Origin: Adineta vaga
Lineage: Eukaryota; Animalia; Rotifera
DNA: 64,000 bases
Assembly (NCBI GenBank): GCA_021613535.1
Contig: CP075492.1
Location: forward strand, 13,702,001 to 13,766,000
Direction: 5' to 3'
Below, one piece after another: positions 1 to 13,424 of the stretch (its first letter is position 1; the number at the start of each line of letters is the position of its first letter). The notes beneath the pieces are model-generated. The model saw only the letters and a list, made by a program, of their open reading frames with translations, had not been told where the DNA came from and ran no database searches. A program made the position numbers and the translations under genes.

Positions 1-1
1 T

Positions 2-1780
2 ACAACATCATTACAGCCTTCAATAGAGTGTGCTATCAATGAAAATGCTACAGGTTTTCTCGATGTCCTTATAAGACAACAACAAAAATTGAATTATGAT
101 GAAAAGAAATGTTCAACAGACGATATATTTCATCGATGTAAATGGCGTTATCGACATACGATGCTTAATTATGCAATCGATCGTAAAGCTTCTGAATGTA
201 TTAGCTTGATATTAGAAAATATTTTTGCTAGACGAATCTATTTCACAATTATCGATCATGTTTGTTTAAATGGACGAACAGCACTTTGGTATGCATGTCT
301 AAATGGAGATTTTGATCTCGTACAAATATTAGTTGAACGTGGACGTGCAACAATTCATAAATGTGGAGTTTTGATAGTTGCTACACAAAATGGCCATCGA
401 ATATCGTTGATTATCTTTTATGTAGAGGATGTAATCCAAATCGACGAGCAGAAAAAATTGCAATGAAACTGCATTGCATGCAGCTTCTCGTCGAAATCAT
501 ATTAATTTAGTGAAATTACTTCTAGCATGTGGTGCTAATACGACTGTATTCGATTATAAGGAAAGAACTCCTTTAGATTATGCCATACACAAAAGACATA
601 ATGAAATAGGTAAAATCCTTATAAGTCATCAAAATGGTTATTTTATCATGAGCCAAACAGGTTTTACACCTTTGATGTTAGCTACCTATTGTAATAATCA
701 ACCAATCGCTAACATACTTGAGAATATATTATCGACTGAACAAATTCTAGATGAAATGACTTTAGTTGCTTGTATGTTATACGAAATGATGATAATAAAT
801 TACGTATGTATGCATTGATGGTTAGCGAACGATTTCTATTAAAAATGAATAAAATAAATTGTTTTATTAAACTTCTTCTAAAACAAAGCAATACCTATAA
901 GCATCAAGGAATGTTGCACCGTTGTCTTCAATTACGAGTGCATGTTTATCAACTACTGATGAAATTCAATCAGTCTCCAAATAGTAAATATCATCAAAGT
1001 TCTCTTAGTGGATTAACCAGTCTTCTATGTGAATATCCTGCAGAAAGGAGATAAAATTCCTATCAAATCACTAGCAACTATTTGGATATGGATATTAAAT
1101 AGAAAAAGCGATAAAAAACAAATTACTCATCTATTTAGACTTCTCTTCTTGATAACACATGTATGTGGTATTTTTCAATCGAATTCTATTGATGTTTTTA
1201 TTATAGCTCATTGAATCCGGAAGTGTAAATGACAATGAACGTCATATCCTTCTGGATCTTGTATATCAAGCGTTACAAAAAAATATTATCATTGAAAATG
1301 AATATCCTCTGTTCAGCTATTTGATTAGCAGAATATCAATGGGTCAGCATATCTATACGTATTCCTTTCTCAAGTATGAATTATTAATATAAAAAATTGT
1401 AATATATTTCGCTTTTAGTATTCCAATTCTATTTAGCCTTCGTGTTTCAATTGATAGTGGAGTAGATGTGAATGAAGTTATTCTAAGCGCAAAATCAACA
1501 CTATTACATTTGATTGCTCGATGTCGTAATATTGACAAGATCTGTCATACAACTACTTCTAGATACAGATGCTCACATAGATTGCATCGATAGAAATGGT
1601 TCAAAGCCAGAAGACTTAGCATTGATTTGGGAAATTCGAATGTTTCTACAAGAGAATCGAAAGCTTTCTCTTAAATGCCAATGTGCACATTTGATCAATA
1701 CACGAAATCTGTCCTATAGAAGTCATCTTTCATCGGCACTTATTAATTTCATTCGAATGCATGGTACAGTTTGTAGTTGA
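2..1780 (+). pseudogene. Fem-1-like ankyrin-repeat protein, frameshifted, 5' end beyond window
   Basis: Ankyrin motifs (GRTALWYACLNG, ETALHAAS, ERTPLDYA, GFTPLMLA) are split over successive frames (ORFs 89-466, 474-818, 770-1054, 1029-1214, 1514-1780). C-terminal LSLKCQCAHLI resembles the Fem-1 BC/VHL box. Frame changes at ~400, ~460 and ~1025 have no plausible introns. Confidence 0.7.
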
Positions 1781-1909
1781 CACTTCAGTATACAGATCCT
1801 TTATAGGAATTAAATGCAATCAAACGATTATTTTTTTTACTCTGTATTGCACAAAAAAAGAGGCAAGAAACATGTTGATTTTTTTCCATTCGAAATGAAA
1901 ATGTCTTTA

Positions 1910-2835
1910 GTCAAGACTTTGCTAATATTTTATTTCGTTGAATGAGTTCATCAATTGCATGTAGAGCGTTGTGTTCAATAAAATTGTTCTAAAGATATAG
2001 ATACCGTGCTATTTTGTAATGTTTTGATTAGATTCTATGCCCCGGTATATCTAATTTCATTCCTTTCAAGATTTAGTAATGCCAATGCCTGTGACATTAA
2101 ATGTTGTTAGATACATCCGAGAGCTAGTGCACTAAGTGTCTATAAGACTAAATCAAGTTCTATACATGAAATAAAAGTATTATACCTGTTAATTCTCAGA
2201 GCATTTGCTCTATGTTGCATACCAAAATGTTTGATTGTATTATATCGAATATCCAATGTGGTTAGTGCCTGTGTACGTACAAATATAAATTGTTATAGAA
2301 GGTTGATGAAAAGTGCTATATAGTCACAGTATTATATTATATATATATGTTATGAATGAAGAGAAACTAATAACTACTTTATTAACTTTTAAAGCATCAA
2401 TTAGATATTGTGCTGCAACAATTTCGAGTGTATTTTCACAGAGAACTAGTGTAACTAGTCTCTGTATAATGACAAACCATATAATCATTAGTTAACACTG
2501 TTTTCGGTGTTTCACTTGATTCTAAACTTTGAGATAGACAGATCTAATCTTTACGTATGTATGTAAATTGAAGAGAATATAAAGAAAAAAGATTGCCAAT
2601 CTCGACTTAGTTCATATCATATTGAATTTTATTGATCTTTGGATCAACAAATAATGCAAAAGATTAAGGGAAAAGATAGACGAATGTAGAGTGAGAACAA
2701 ATTTTTACCTGATGTCGATAATTGTATTAAATCATTGATATACATATCACGCATTGAACAGAGAAGCGTGAACTCGCTCTGATGATTCAGAATTCGATAG
2801 AAAAGTTCTATTGGTAATGTATGCAAAGATATACT
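1910..2835 (-). pseudogene. Degenerate F-box-like + LRR gene
   Basis: N-terminal LHTLPIELFYRIL (F-box-like, 2644-2826). Downstream AG/GT-flanked LRR exons read ALTTLDIRYNTIKHFGMQHRANALRIN (~2186-2268) and ALALLNLERNEIRYTGA*NLIKTLQNST (~2004-2087, in-frame stop). Confidence 0.65.
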
Positions 2836-3150
2836 GTTTTTTTTTCGACATCAATCAAAACTCGTGAAATGTGCTTTGTGTCGTCTTATCTTTTTGAATA
2901 TTTTAGTATGTGTAGATATATATCGTTATTCATATGACATCTCAAAACGAATTTTTTTCTTCTATTCACGTTGTGCAAATACGAAGAAAAAAAGAACAGT
3001 CATCTTTCGTTCTTCACATGATTCATATACACTTGATAAACAAAGTTGTCATTAAAACGCAATTTTGTTGCTGTTCTGTTTTTTTTCTTCATAACACACA
3101 AGGTAACGTTTAGAAGGATATTATCAACAAATTTCGTGATCGATCTATTA

Positions 3151-4275
3151 ATGTCCTCGACAAATTCTCAACATACGAATATCAAACAAAATGATTCAGG
3201 AAAATATATCGAAGCAGTTAGAAAAAATGACATTGATACTGTCAAACAATATATTCAATGTGATGGTGATTTAAATTCTCCAATTGTACCACAAGGTGCA
3301 ATACATTGTGCTGTATTTTTTAATTACGTGGACATGTTAAAATTATTACTTGAAGCTGGAATTAATGTTAATCAACCAGATGAAGATGGCGACACAGCAT
3401 TACATTACGCAATTGGTCAAACAAAAAATGTTGAATGTATCAAATTATTATTACAGTATGGTGCTTGTCCATTTCTTCCAAATAATTCAACAAAAAAAAT
3501 CACACCAATAAATCTAGCGAATCAAATCAATCATCAAGAAATTACTGACATTTTAACAGAAACTATTGATCTAACTAAACGATTGTGTAAAGCAGCAGAA
3601 GATGGAAATCTTGCACTTGTTGAAAATTTATTAACAACAACAAAAGCTAATCCAAATGGATTATCTGATGAATTTGTCAATCCATTACATGAAGCATGTC
3701 TTGCCGGACATTTATCCATAGTAAAATTATTACTTCAATATAATGTTAATATCAATGCAAAAACAGCCTCAGAATCAACACGTTATAATATGCCATTACA
3801 TTGTGCAGCTTTACGAGGTCATCTCGATGTTGCAAAATATTTAATTGAAAATGGAGCAAAGAAAGATATTCCAAATTCAAATAAACATACACCATTACTT
3901 TGTGCAGTTATTATGGAACAGATCAATGTTGCTGAATATCTTATTAAGGCTGGTTGTGATGTACATGTGCGTGATACTGTCGGAAAAACACCACTTCATT
4001 GGGCAGCATTTTATGGATTGAATAGTATCATCTTGTTATTGCTTGAATATGGAGCAGATATTGATGCAATAGCTAATTTAGGTCTACCTCCATTACATTG
4101 TGCTGTTCAACATCCATTTCATTCAAATACGATCAAATTATTAATAGAAAAAGGTGCTAATGTGGACATTAGAGACGATATGCGACTGGCAATACTTGAC
4201 TATGTAATTAATCATAAACCAGATGATCAGGAACTAATTCAATTGATTCAAAATCGTAGTAAACAAGTTTCATAA
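3151..4275 (+). CDS. Ankyrin-repeat protein (~9-10 repeats), single exon
   Basis: Open ORF with repeated ankyrin motifs (GDTALHYA, NPLHEAC, MPLHCAA, HTPLLCA, GKTPLHWAA, LPPLHCA). First ATG at 3151. Confidence 0.9.
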   Translation: MSSTNSQHTNIKQNDSGKYIEAVRKNDIDTVKQYIQCDGDLNSPIVPQGAIHCAVFFNYVDMLKLLLEAGINVNQPDEDGDTALHYAIGQTKNVECIKLLLQYGACPFLPNNSTKKITPINLANQINHQEITDILTETIDLTKRLCKAAEDGNLALVENLLTTTKANPNGLSDEFVNPLHEACLAGHLSIVKLLLQYNVNINAKTASESTRYNMPLHCAALRGHLDVAKYLIENGAKKDIPNSNKHTPLLCAVIMEQINVAEYLIKAGCDVHVRDTVGKTPLHWAAFYGLNSIILLLLEYGADIDAIANLGLPPLHCAVQHPFHSNTIKLLIEKGANVDIRDDMRLAILDYVINHKPDDQELIQLIQNRSKQVS

Positions 4276-5139
4276 AAATCAAAAGATAAACACCTATCTA
4301 TTATTATCATAATTTTGTCTTATGATTATATTAACTTTCATATATGGCTCAAAGATTCTTTCGTTTGAAACTATCGTTGACGTATTCATCAATTTTCTGA
4401 ATTGTTCTAAATAAGATCAAAGTTCATTATAATTTATGTTAGATTTTTTTCTCTTTCGATGCTTTTCTTATTCTCATCGTTCAGTGCAAAAATGAAATTT
4501 ACTGACTCTTTTCACTTTTCATAATCAATTATACGTATGAATATCATCACGATTATTAAAGCAAAGAATTTCCATTTTCTTTCATCTTTATTATATACTC
4601 TATCTATCATTTAGTTGATAATAAAGCGAATATTGTTTCTCTTTATGTCATTGTAACAGTAAGAGATGCTTTCAAAAAACGTTGTTCTTCATGTTGTTAT
4701 ATCACAAGACTTTTCTTTTCTATAGCAATTTAAAAGCATTAAAACTTGCATGGAACATCTGCATGTTGGTAAATGTCGTTATCTAGATTCACGGCTACAA
4801 GAAGCTGAATTATGTATTTTGCCATGTTTACTGAAGGACTATTTCATTGGACAATTAATTTATAATTGACGTTTAATAATTATTCTTTTTTATTTTATGC
4901 TGATGTTTTACAAAGAATGAGCAGAGATTAGTATGATCAAGAAGACATGTATTTATTCGACCATTTCTTTATTTTATTTTGAAAGAGTTTTATCATAATA
5001 CAAGTTAGAAGATAAATTCATTTATTATATTGAGATTACAAGAGAAAGCTCACTATGTTTATATGAGCTTCTCACTCTTTCAACTTCTATTAATATAGAT
5101 TGTATTCAACAATTTTCATATCTTCATCATTTCCACAAT

Positions 5140-5620
5140 AACTACTTTCGATTCAACAAACAACTACGTGTTATTTATACTCGGTTTTTCTTTTTTTTTG
5201 GTATAATTGGGTGTTCTCGTAACATCTTAGTCATTACTTGACTACAATTCCGTATCGTATCCTGTTTTATTTGTAAGTAACTTTATTTATAAATGAAAAT
5301 ATCAATTCATAAAAATTCATTCTTTCTGTTTATACAGATTTTATCTCAGCAACAGCAACAATGACTGTTACTTTGTTTATGTCTCGTGAGCATGCTAAGT
5401 ATGCATTCAATCATCAAGATCCACTTGTGAGATCAAGCGTGTTTTGTAAAATCCGTTACTATGTTATTTAATCAACGTCAGTGATGTACCGGTAGTCTTT
5501 AAGTGCAGCTTGCTTCGATCAGTATGCGTTATCATCATTCAACGTTCGTTTGAGAAATTTTGCTCATGTCAATATTGCACGACGATTTGTAGTGATTATC
5601 GTATTACTTTGGATGATATA
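5140..5620 (+). pseudogene. Rhodopsin-like GPCR remnant (TM1-TM4)
   Basis: Hand translation gives LFFGIIGCSRNILVIT*LQFRIVSCF, then a GTAAGT..ACAG intron (~5273-5337), then FCKIRYYVI*STSVMYR*SLSAACFDQYALSS..RLRNF..IARR. Three in-frame stops and a DRY-like CFDQY motif. Confidence 0.65.
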
Positions 5621-6298
5621 ACAATGGGAATGTTTGAGTTAAACCAAGAGAAAATGAAGTTGCACGTCAACCAGGCATACATCCAGTAAACGGTACAGTC
5701 ATGTCTTGAGGGTATGGACGGGTGTGTTTATTCTTTCATCATCCCCCCTTCTTCACAGAAGACGGTGACTTGACTATAGGAAATATTTCATTGATATTTT
5801 GACAATTAACTTTAGAATGAATTCTAATTATTATAGTGTGGAAGCGTATGGAATCAATTTTCTGTTTAATTAAGTATTGAAAATCATTTTGAGAAATATC
5901 ATTCACAGTACTATGAAGAAAATAGAAGATATTGTGTTTGTTTTGCAGACAGAGGAAGGTACAATATATTTGTGTAATGAAAACTCGACACGGTTTATAT
6001 AGACGGACGCAAGACAACATAGTCAATTACAACAAAAACATCCCATGTTACAAATTTGATGATTAAATTGTCTTTACAGTTGGATTATCTTAGAAATTTC
6101 CTTAGTGAAATCTTCGATAAATATTATTTGCAAATAAAAACTCTCAAAAATAAATATACTTAGACAAAATTTGTAATTTTAGAGCAAAATATGAATATAA
6201 TTTGTAAAGCAATTGTTGCTGGACTCTATATTATATTTATCTTTTCTTCACTGACTATCGTTTATTTTTAAAGAAAATAAACACATTTTTTAACAAAT

Positions 6299-7264
6299 TT
6301 ATGGACATCCATAATAGGCTTTCAATTTTTGAATATCTTGAGCACTCATTTTATCTCCACGACCCATAATAGGCTCCCAACCTTCATATCCAGCAAGACT
6401 AGGTTTAATTGTTGGACGACCATTGATTGAAAAAGCATCATTTCGATAATGCATAATTGAACCTAAACTATTTTGATTGAACGAAAGAAAATATCTTATA
6501 GAAAATTCTCACCATAATCATATGCTTGATTGTACATATTTACTTGATTAGAAGGGAATTTATCGAATGCAAATGATTGACCTTGAAAAAAACAAAAAGC
6601 AAAAATGAAAATATAACGCAAGAATAAAATAATTGATCGAACTTGATTCAATATTTTCATAATAAACACGAACATATTTATCACGATCAGGACGTGTATG
6701 TTCATGAATAAAACCAAGTGCATGTAAAAATTCATGTAAAGCTACGGAATGATGAACACAACCAGGAATTTGAAGTGAAAGATCTTGTTTACCATTACTA
6801 ACAGTTTTTCCCATATATGACCAACATCTAAAAGTATCAATTTCTTTCGATTCCCAATGAAACAGAACAGAATTCATCTATAATTACCCTTGACCAGAAT
6901 GAATTCGTAACCAAACAGGATTATTATTACGCCAGACAAATCGAATACAATCATTTGTATTTTGACTAATAGTCGTCATGGCACCAATAATTACATTTTT
7001 TTGTGCTTCAGTGAATGCACCATCAAATTCCACAGGCACAATACCATTGGGCCATTTGGGTGATGCAGTATATGCAGTTCGACCAGTATGTATAGGTAAA
7101 GCAATATCACCCTCTACTAATTCGATATCACTTCGATTGTTAACTAACATACCCGGTAAATTAAATAGATTAGGAACATTGTTTGGATCGTGTGCAGATA
7201 TAATATTTGCCTTGCAGAAGAGCACAGAGACAAAACTCAAAATTAGATAGACTCTCATAAACAT
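6299..7264 (-). CDS. Secreted astacin (M12A) zinc metalloprotease, 4 exons
   Basis: Signal peptide, EGDI prodomain motif, HEFLHALGFIHEHTRPDRD zinc motif and Met-turn SIMHY. Exons 7264-6888, 6827-6643, 6581-6513 and 6462-6299 splice in frame via GT-AG introns. Confidence 0.93.
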
Positions 7265-8425
7265 TTTTACTGTAATATACTCATGTAATGAAGAGAAGAA
7301 AAACAACGTATATATCTATTCCATCGTATGTTGTTATTACCGGCAGATTTCGTGAGAGTAAAACGCATCTGGAAACAGTAGTTTTGAAAACAAAGATTAA
7401 CATCTGAGTTAGATTAATTGTATTTCACATCAAAGTAGGCGTTCGTATGTTTAATAGATTAATTTAGTAATTTGATGAACAAATAAAACAAGGTTTTTAT
7501 TCTGAGAAATGTATATACATTTGTACTTTAAAAGCACTTATTTCAAGTGTTGTTGGTAATTTCCAAGAGGAAGTATACTTTGTCAGTTTTGATGAGAAAG
7601 CATAGCAGGTATAGAGAGAATTGCAGGTGTAAATTAACGGACCATAACTGCATGCAGATACATCTTTATTTCATACAATACTTTTGCTTTGTAACTAACA
7701 GTTGATACAACGATGCGAGTCTATAAAGATCGAGAACCAGTAACAACTTTTTTTGGTCTTATATGCTTACTGCTTGTGTTTTCTGTTTGTGCAAACAGAC
7801 TCATAGTACTATGATAAATTATGTTGCGAATGACGATAATTGTATTGATTTGGATGAATATCTGCCACTTATTGTAATGAATCATGATCAACTTCAACAA
7901 CTTGTGGGCATTTCGAGTACTTACCTTCAAGAGTTTGATTTCCTAGAAAGATTCATTCAAAGTCCAGCTGTTGATCGACTCGCACGTAGTGAACATTATG
8001 AATAAGAATTTAATAATTTTAATATACGATCAATTAATTCTGAGAATATCCATAGTATTGCCGCCAAGGCACAAGTTCATACAACATATTATGTAGGAAA
8101 CACTTGCGTGTGATTGTTGATTATAAATTCTTGTTTATATTTCAGACATCTCCATAGATGACGAAAAACATCGTTTTTCTCTATCAGATAGTTATTATGA
8201 TAAGCGCTTGATTGTATAATGTTGACAGCATAGTAAACTGCATGAGTATATTCATGTTCCCATTCAACGACTCTTAACACAACCTGAAATGCCTAAAACA
8301 TCTACATCTGTTCCGAAACCAATTATAGAGGCTAATGATATCTTTTCATGTCTAATTCAAACCAATGAAAAAAAAAAAGTGATGTTCTGCTGCTCTTCAC
8401 CCTATGGAAATATTTTCGAACTAAC

Positions 8426-9610
8426 ATGCGCTATAAACTATTTATTTTATTTTCAATATTGATTGCGGTTTTCATCGCTGTTCCATTTACATATCCTCGT
8501 TATACTGAAGAAGATGATGTTCATATGCTTGAAAAATATTTATCCATTAAACAGAATCTTTTATCTGTCATGACATTTAACATTCGATTCGATGGAATTG
8601 AACATGATCCAAATAATCATTTTACAAAACGAGTTTATCGTTTAACTGAAACTATAGGAAAATGGCAACCAGCTATTCTTGGTGTACAAGAACCATTTAC
8701 CGATCAATTATTACATTTGCAATCTCATTTACCAAACTATTACCAACATGTTGGTTATCAACATCATGGTACTGATAAAAACCATCCATCAACATCATCG
8801 CAACACGATTTTAAAGTTGCTATTCTTTACAATGATCAACAATTAAAATTACTCGAGCAAGATTATCTATGGTTATCAAAAACACCACGAACTGTAGGAA
8901 GTAAAGATTGGAATAGTGGTGGAGCGCGAACATTAAATATTGCACGATTTGAATTAATCAATACTGATGATTCAACAGAAATTCTTGTTTTTAATACACA
9001 TTTAGATGTTCAAAGTGAACAAGCACGTCAAGAACAAGCAAAATTAATTCGTTCAATAATCAGTCAATGGCAACAGAAATATCCCACAGCTATTCTTCTA
9101 TTACTTGGCGATTTTAATGCAATGCCAAATCAAACTGCTTATCAAATCTTAACATTTTCAGATTTTCTCTATGATACTTGGATAGTTTGTAAATCTCATC
9201 GGACTATTTGTCTATCGAATTCATTTTCATCTACATTTCATGGTTGGTTTGGATCATTAGTTAATACTTATGGTATTCAAATTCTACAAACTATACTTTT
9301 TACTTTTCATGGTACTGGTGTTAAAATACCATATAACATACCAACAAATTATTCTGCTTATATCGATATTGTCAAACAACTGTTAAAATTTTGTCGATTA
9401 CTCAATTTGTCAGATATGATTTCATTATGGTCATCACATCGATTTCATGTCGATTGGATATTATATCAGAATTCGAAGGATAGAAGCAAAGATTTACAAC
9501 CACAATTTATATCTGTCGTAGATATTCGATCAAGAAATTATTCTTCAGATCATTTTCCAGTCATTGCTTTATTCAAAATAAATACTCAGTTAGATACCCA
9601 GGTTTTTTAA
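8426..9610 (+). CDS. Endonuclease/exonuclease/phosphatase (EEP) family hydrolase with N-terminal signal/anchor
   Basis: Motifs MTFNIR, GVQE, NTHLD, GDFN, VDWI and SSDH. Intronless; resembles the microbial subtype. Confidence 0.88.
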   Translation: MRYKLFILFSILIAVFIAVPFTYPRYTEEDDVHMLEKYLSIKQNLLSVMTFNIRFDGIEHDPNNHFTKRVYRLTETIGKWQPAILGVQEPFTDQLLHLQSHLPNYYQHVGYQHHGTDKNHPSTSSQHDFKVAILYNDQQLKLLEQDYLWLSKTPRTVGSKDWNSGGARTLNIARFELINTDDSTEILVFNTHLDVQSEQARQEQAKLIRSIISQWQQKYPTAILLLLGDFNAMPNQTAYQILTFSDFLYDTWIVCKSHRTICLSNSFSSTFHGWFGSLVNTYGIQILQTILFTFHGTGVKIPYNIPTNYSAYIDIVKQLLKFCRLLNLSDMISLWSSHRFHVDWILYQNSKDRSKDLQPQFISVVDIRSRNYSSDHFPVIALFKINTQLDTQVF

Positions 9611-10430
9611 TGAAACGATACAAATAAAGTTATTTTTATACACATAATATTGGTCTATTTCTCACGATTTATTGAGATGATCAATCTTAATATTATTATC
9701 TATATTTCTATCTGATTGAGAAAGTTAGATAAAGGATAAAACAGATCGATCAACACACGTCGTATATGATAAGACTAAGGACATTTGCTTGTTGCTCACG
9801 ATGTCAAGAGAGAGAGAGAAAAATAAGAATATAAACCAAATCCAGAATTGTTTTTATGACAAGTATATCACAAATAAAGAAGATCTCTCTCTCTCTCGTT
9901 TTATCAAAACAATACTATTTATTCTCACTCATAAGTGATATTCATCATTTATAAAAAATGTGAAGAATTATAAAAGCTATAGTATAGTGATAATACGAAA
10001 CAGTTAATTTAAATAATCATTGATTTTATATCCCGTGCAGAAATGACAAGATTTTACTACACTCGAATTCATTGAAATTAATGCATCTCTGATGTTACTC
10101 ATATATTGACAATGATTAATACAATATACAAGTAGCAAATATAAAATTACTAATCGAATGTAATAAACAATATTACATTTCAACAAATCGAAACATCAAT
10201 TGAAATCATTTCATGTTTTACTTTTGTTTTATTCTGAAACTAAATAGTACGTTCTTTTTCATATATTTTATTTCGATATAAAAGACAACGAATGAGTATC
10301 TTGACGAAATAGATTACTCTTTTAAGTAGTCACATTTTGAAGAAGTGAGATCATAAAAGAAAGTTTTATATTGTATCAATACAAGTATCTTACCGTAACA
10401 AGAAACACAGCGAGTTAGACAACGAATAAA

Positions 10431-11972
10431 ATGAGTCAAAATTATCAACGAAGACAGGTATCTTCTGGACGAAGACAATCAACAAGTTTACCTGTTTTTC
10501 TTCGAGATTCTGATGAACTAAATCTTGAACGTCGATTAAGTACATGTATTAATTTTCAACGAAGATTATCAACTGTTTCTCAATTATATTTACCTAATGG
10601 AACTGACTATCATCCACAAGCACATGTTCCACCAACAGGTCCTGAAGCTCAACAACCATTTCTTGTTACATCTATTGAGAATGATACATCAGATGGACGT
10701 CGATTATCAATCATCTCTCATCGTTTTCAGCCTATCGATGAAGAAACTACTGATTCTATTAAAGAATCTCACATAGAAAAATTAGATAAACATCAACGAA
10801 AAGCTTTATTTATTTCCGAGCCACTTATCAGTAGTTTAATCATCTTTCCAATTCTCGTTCTCTTTTGGGAATGTGGTTGGAATCTTATATTGATATTTCT
10901 CAATCGTTTAAACGAATTCGATGCAAATTTACATCTAGACGAAATGACTCAAGAAGATTTTGAATCCTATACATATCAATCGTTATTATTTCCATATTTA
11001 ATCGCTGAATTTCTTCTTCTTTTGTATTATCTCGGTCAAGATATCATACATAATTTTTTGAAAAATCAACATTGGTTTATTCGAGCAGTTTTATTAAAAT
11101 TACATATTCTTCTATTAGCTTCGCTTTATATCGTTCAATGGGAAATGTTATGGACAATTTGGGATCAATTTACACCTCATGAATGGTATTTCGAAATAAC
11201 AATGTCTTTTGCATCATTATTTGCATTAATTGTTTTTATTGGACATTTATCCGATTTAGTTTGTTCACCATTTGTTTTCAGTTATGATTCAATTGATTAT
11301 TGTATCTTTTTCGGTTGTCCTCTTCTTACAAGAGAAGTAAGTTAAAATGATTTTTCTTGTTTTCTTTTTTGAAAACAAACATTGATTTCATATTAGATGT
11401 CAACATGGAAAATCAATCTAATTAATTATATTTTATATGAAATTATAATATCGAATTTATCAATTATAACATGGCGTGGTTTTTATCATTTTCTTGATGA
11501 ACATCTTTATCCGGATGATGTCAATTTATCTGCTGGAATTTGTTTGATTATTGGTTATGTTCTCTATTTTCCCTTGATGTATTTTCAAACATATTTAGAA
11601 GAATTAAATTTAAAATATGAATTCTGGACATTTGTTTCAATCAATTTTCCACAATTTTATCGTAATATTCGTCATCTATTAGCGTTTGTATCATGTGTAT
11701 TTACTTGGCGTGGCTTTTGGGTTTTATTTGATGCTTATGTTGATATATTTTATGATTATTATCTGACGTATTTATTTTTATATCTTCTAACTTTCATCAT
11801 TTTATCTCTTCTTCAAACAGCATCATCAACCAATGGACCATTGAGTAATATGGAAGATCCGAATAATTTCTTTCCATTATATCCTCATTGTTATGTTTCA
11901 ACAGTCCATCAAAAACTTTCCAAATTCTCATTATTTCAACCGAAATATGCAGAAGAAGATACACATTTGTGA
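10431..11972 (+). CDS. Fuseless-like multi-pass membrane protein, 2 exons
   Basis: Intron 11337-11396 (GTAAGT..TTAG) joins the two ORFs in frame. Repeated W-x-G-x-W type helices: FWECGWNL, TWRGFYHFLD, TWRGFWVLFD. Confidence 0.72.
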
Positions 11973-12470
11973 AAAGATGGAACTCAATGACTTTTCATCG
12001 CAGTCAGATAGAATACTTACGAAAACTTTCGTATAGTTTTATAAAGTTTTTAAATTCAAGAAGAAAAAAAGAACATTTTTTTTATTTTAATCAATAAACG
12101 AATTTAATTGAATACAATACATTGAAATGACCGATAATACTTCTTATGTTGAAGTGATACAAGCTAGTGTGCCTTATTTTAAAGTCTTTGGATAATGTAT
12201 TGTGGTTTAAAATTATTTTGATTTTTGTTGACTAAGGAAATGTTTTTTTTTCATAAGCCAAAAGTATGACGTTTTTCTCTCAACTGTACATCATTACCTC
12301 TGCAAGTTTACTTTCTTTATACAAACAAATGTGTAAATTACACGGATTGATTCTGCAATGATATGATTCCAAAGCCAGCAGAAATTCCATAATTCTACAT
12401 AAGGAATTGCATCTTGTACGTAACGACTAATCTTTTCACACATTACAAGACATAGCCCTGTAAATTGTAT

Positions 12471-13424
12471 TCATATTGGGTGAACAGTGTTCGTGACCAA
12501 TCGTCTATGATGCATATTCTTTCGAATCCATTTGGAAAATTCAGGCAGCAAACAAGCATACATCCAAGGAAAAAGAAAACATATCAGATATGGAAATTCA
12601 GATATGTAATCCATTTGAAATTTAATTAATAAATCGGTAGGACTCACATTTAGTATTAATGTATTGATAATCAAAGGTGTCCATGCAATGAGATAAAGAC
12701 TAGATACACAAACTAACTGCAACGTCAAACGTCTATGATTTTTCCAAGTCATTGGTCGATTAAAACGACGTTTTTGTCTAATAACACGCATTATAAGTGA
12801 GATATTTGCTAGGAAAATAACAATTATTGGTACACTGTTATTCACTATGTAATCGAATAATGTCAACAGTCTATCATACAAGAAATAACAATTAGAAAAA
12901 CCACATACAGGCAATGTAAAATCCCATTGTGTACCATCACAAGTAATGAAGAAAATACTAAAAATATAAAATATAAGTGGATATGTAATACATAATATTA
13001 AGGGAAGATAATAGAAGATATAACGTTTGATATGATGTTGGAATAGATGCAATCGAAATACGAATAAATGTCGTTGAATAGAAATAGTTGCCATTAAAAA
13101 CTCACTGATTACTGAGAAACTGAATAATGTAAATGTCCACCAAGTACAATATTCTACTGTTGCAGGATGAACAGAATGAAAATAATAGAAATGAATACTC
13201 ATTGGCATATTGGTTGATAATTGTAGAAAGTTGATAATAAACAAGATGAAAAGAGAATGATTTTGGAAATTGATTAATTCAGCACGATTTGTAATGAAAA
13301 ATGTAAAAATTAGAAAACTTAGAATCATTGCTGGTGCATAAAATGTGATTAGAAGAAGAAATTTTGTATGATATAAAAATTCAGATGTTTGATCGACGAC
13401 TATGTCTGTCTGATTGGCATTCAT
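12471..13424 (-). CDS. Rhodopsin-like 7TM GPCR
   Basis: Seven hydrophobic segments, SIQRH at the DRY position, AWTP in TM6, PWMY in TM7. Confidence 0.85.
   Translation of the reverse strand: MNANQTDIVVDQTSEFLYHTKFLLLITFYAPAMILSFLIFTFFITNRAELINFQNHSLFILFIINFLQLSTNMPMSIHFYYFHSVHPATVEYCTWWTFTLFSFSVISEFLMATISIQRHLFVFRLHLFQHHIKRYIFYYLPLILCITYPLIFYIFSIFFITCDGTQWDFTLPVCGFSNCYFLYDRLLTLFDYIVNNSVPIIVIFLANISLIMRVIRQKRRFNRPMTWKNHRRLTLQLVCVSSLYLIAWTPLIINTLILNVSPTDLLIKFQMDYISEFPYLICFLFPWMYACLLPEFSKWIRKNMHHRRLVTNTVHPI

Noticed and set aside
5630-5780. Slightly GC-richer segment truncating the GPCR remnant, as a transposon end
   Set aside because: No terminal repeat, target-site duplication or transposase sequence is visible.
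7640-8300. Short ORFs between astacin and the EEP gene
   Set aside because: No recognisable motif or consistent frame. Possibly a decayed gene, but I cannot support it.
9806-9897. (GA)n ... (TC)n inverted pair as MITE termini
   Set aside because: Low-complexity dinucleotide runs with no target-site duplication or second copy.
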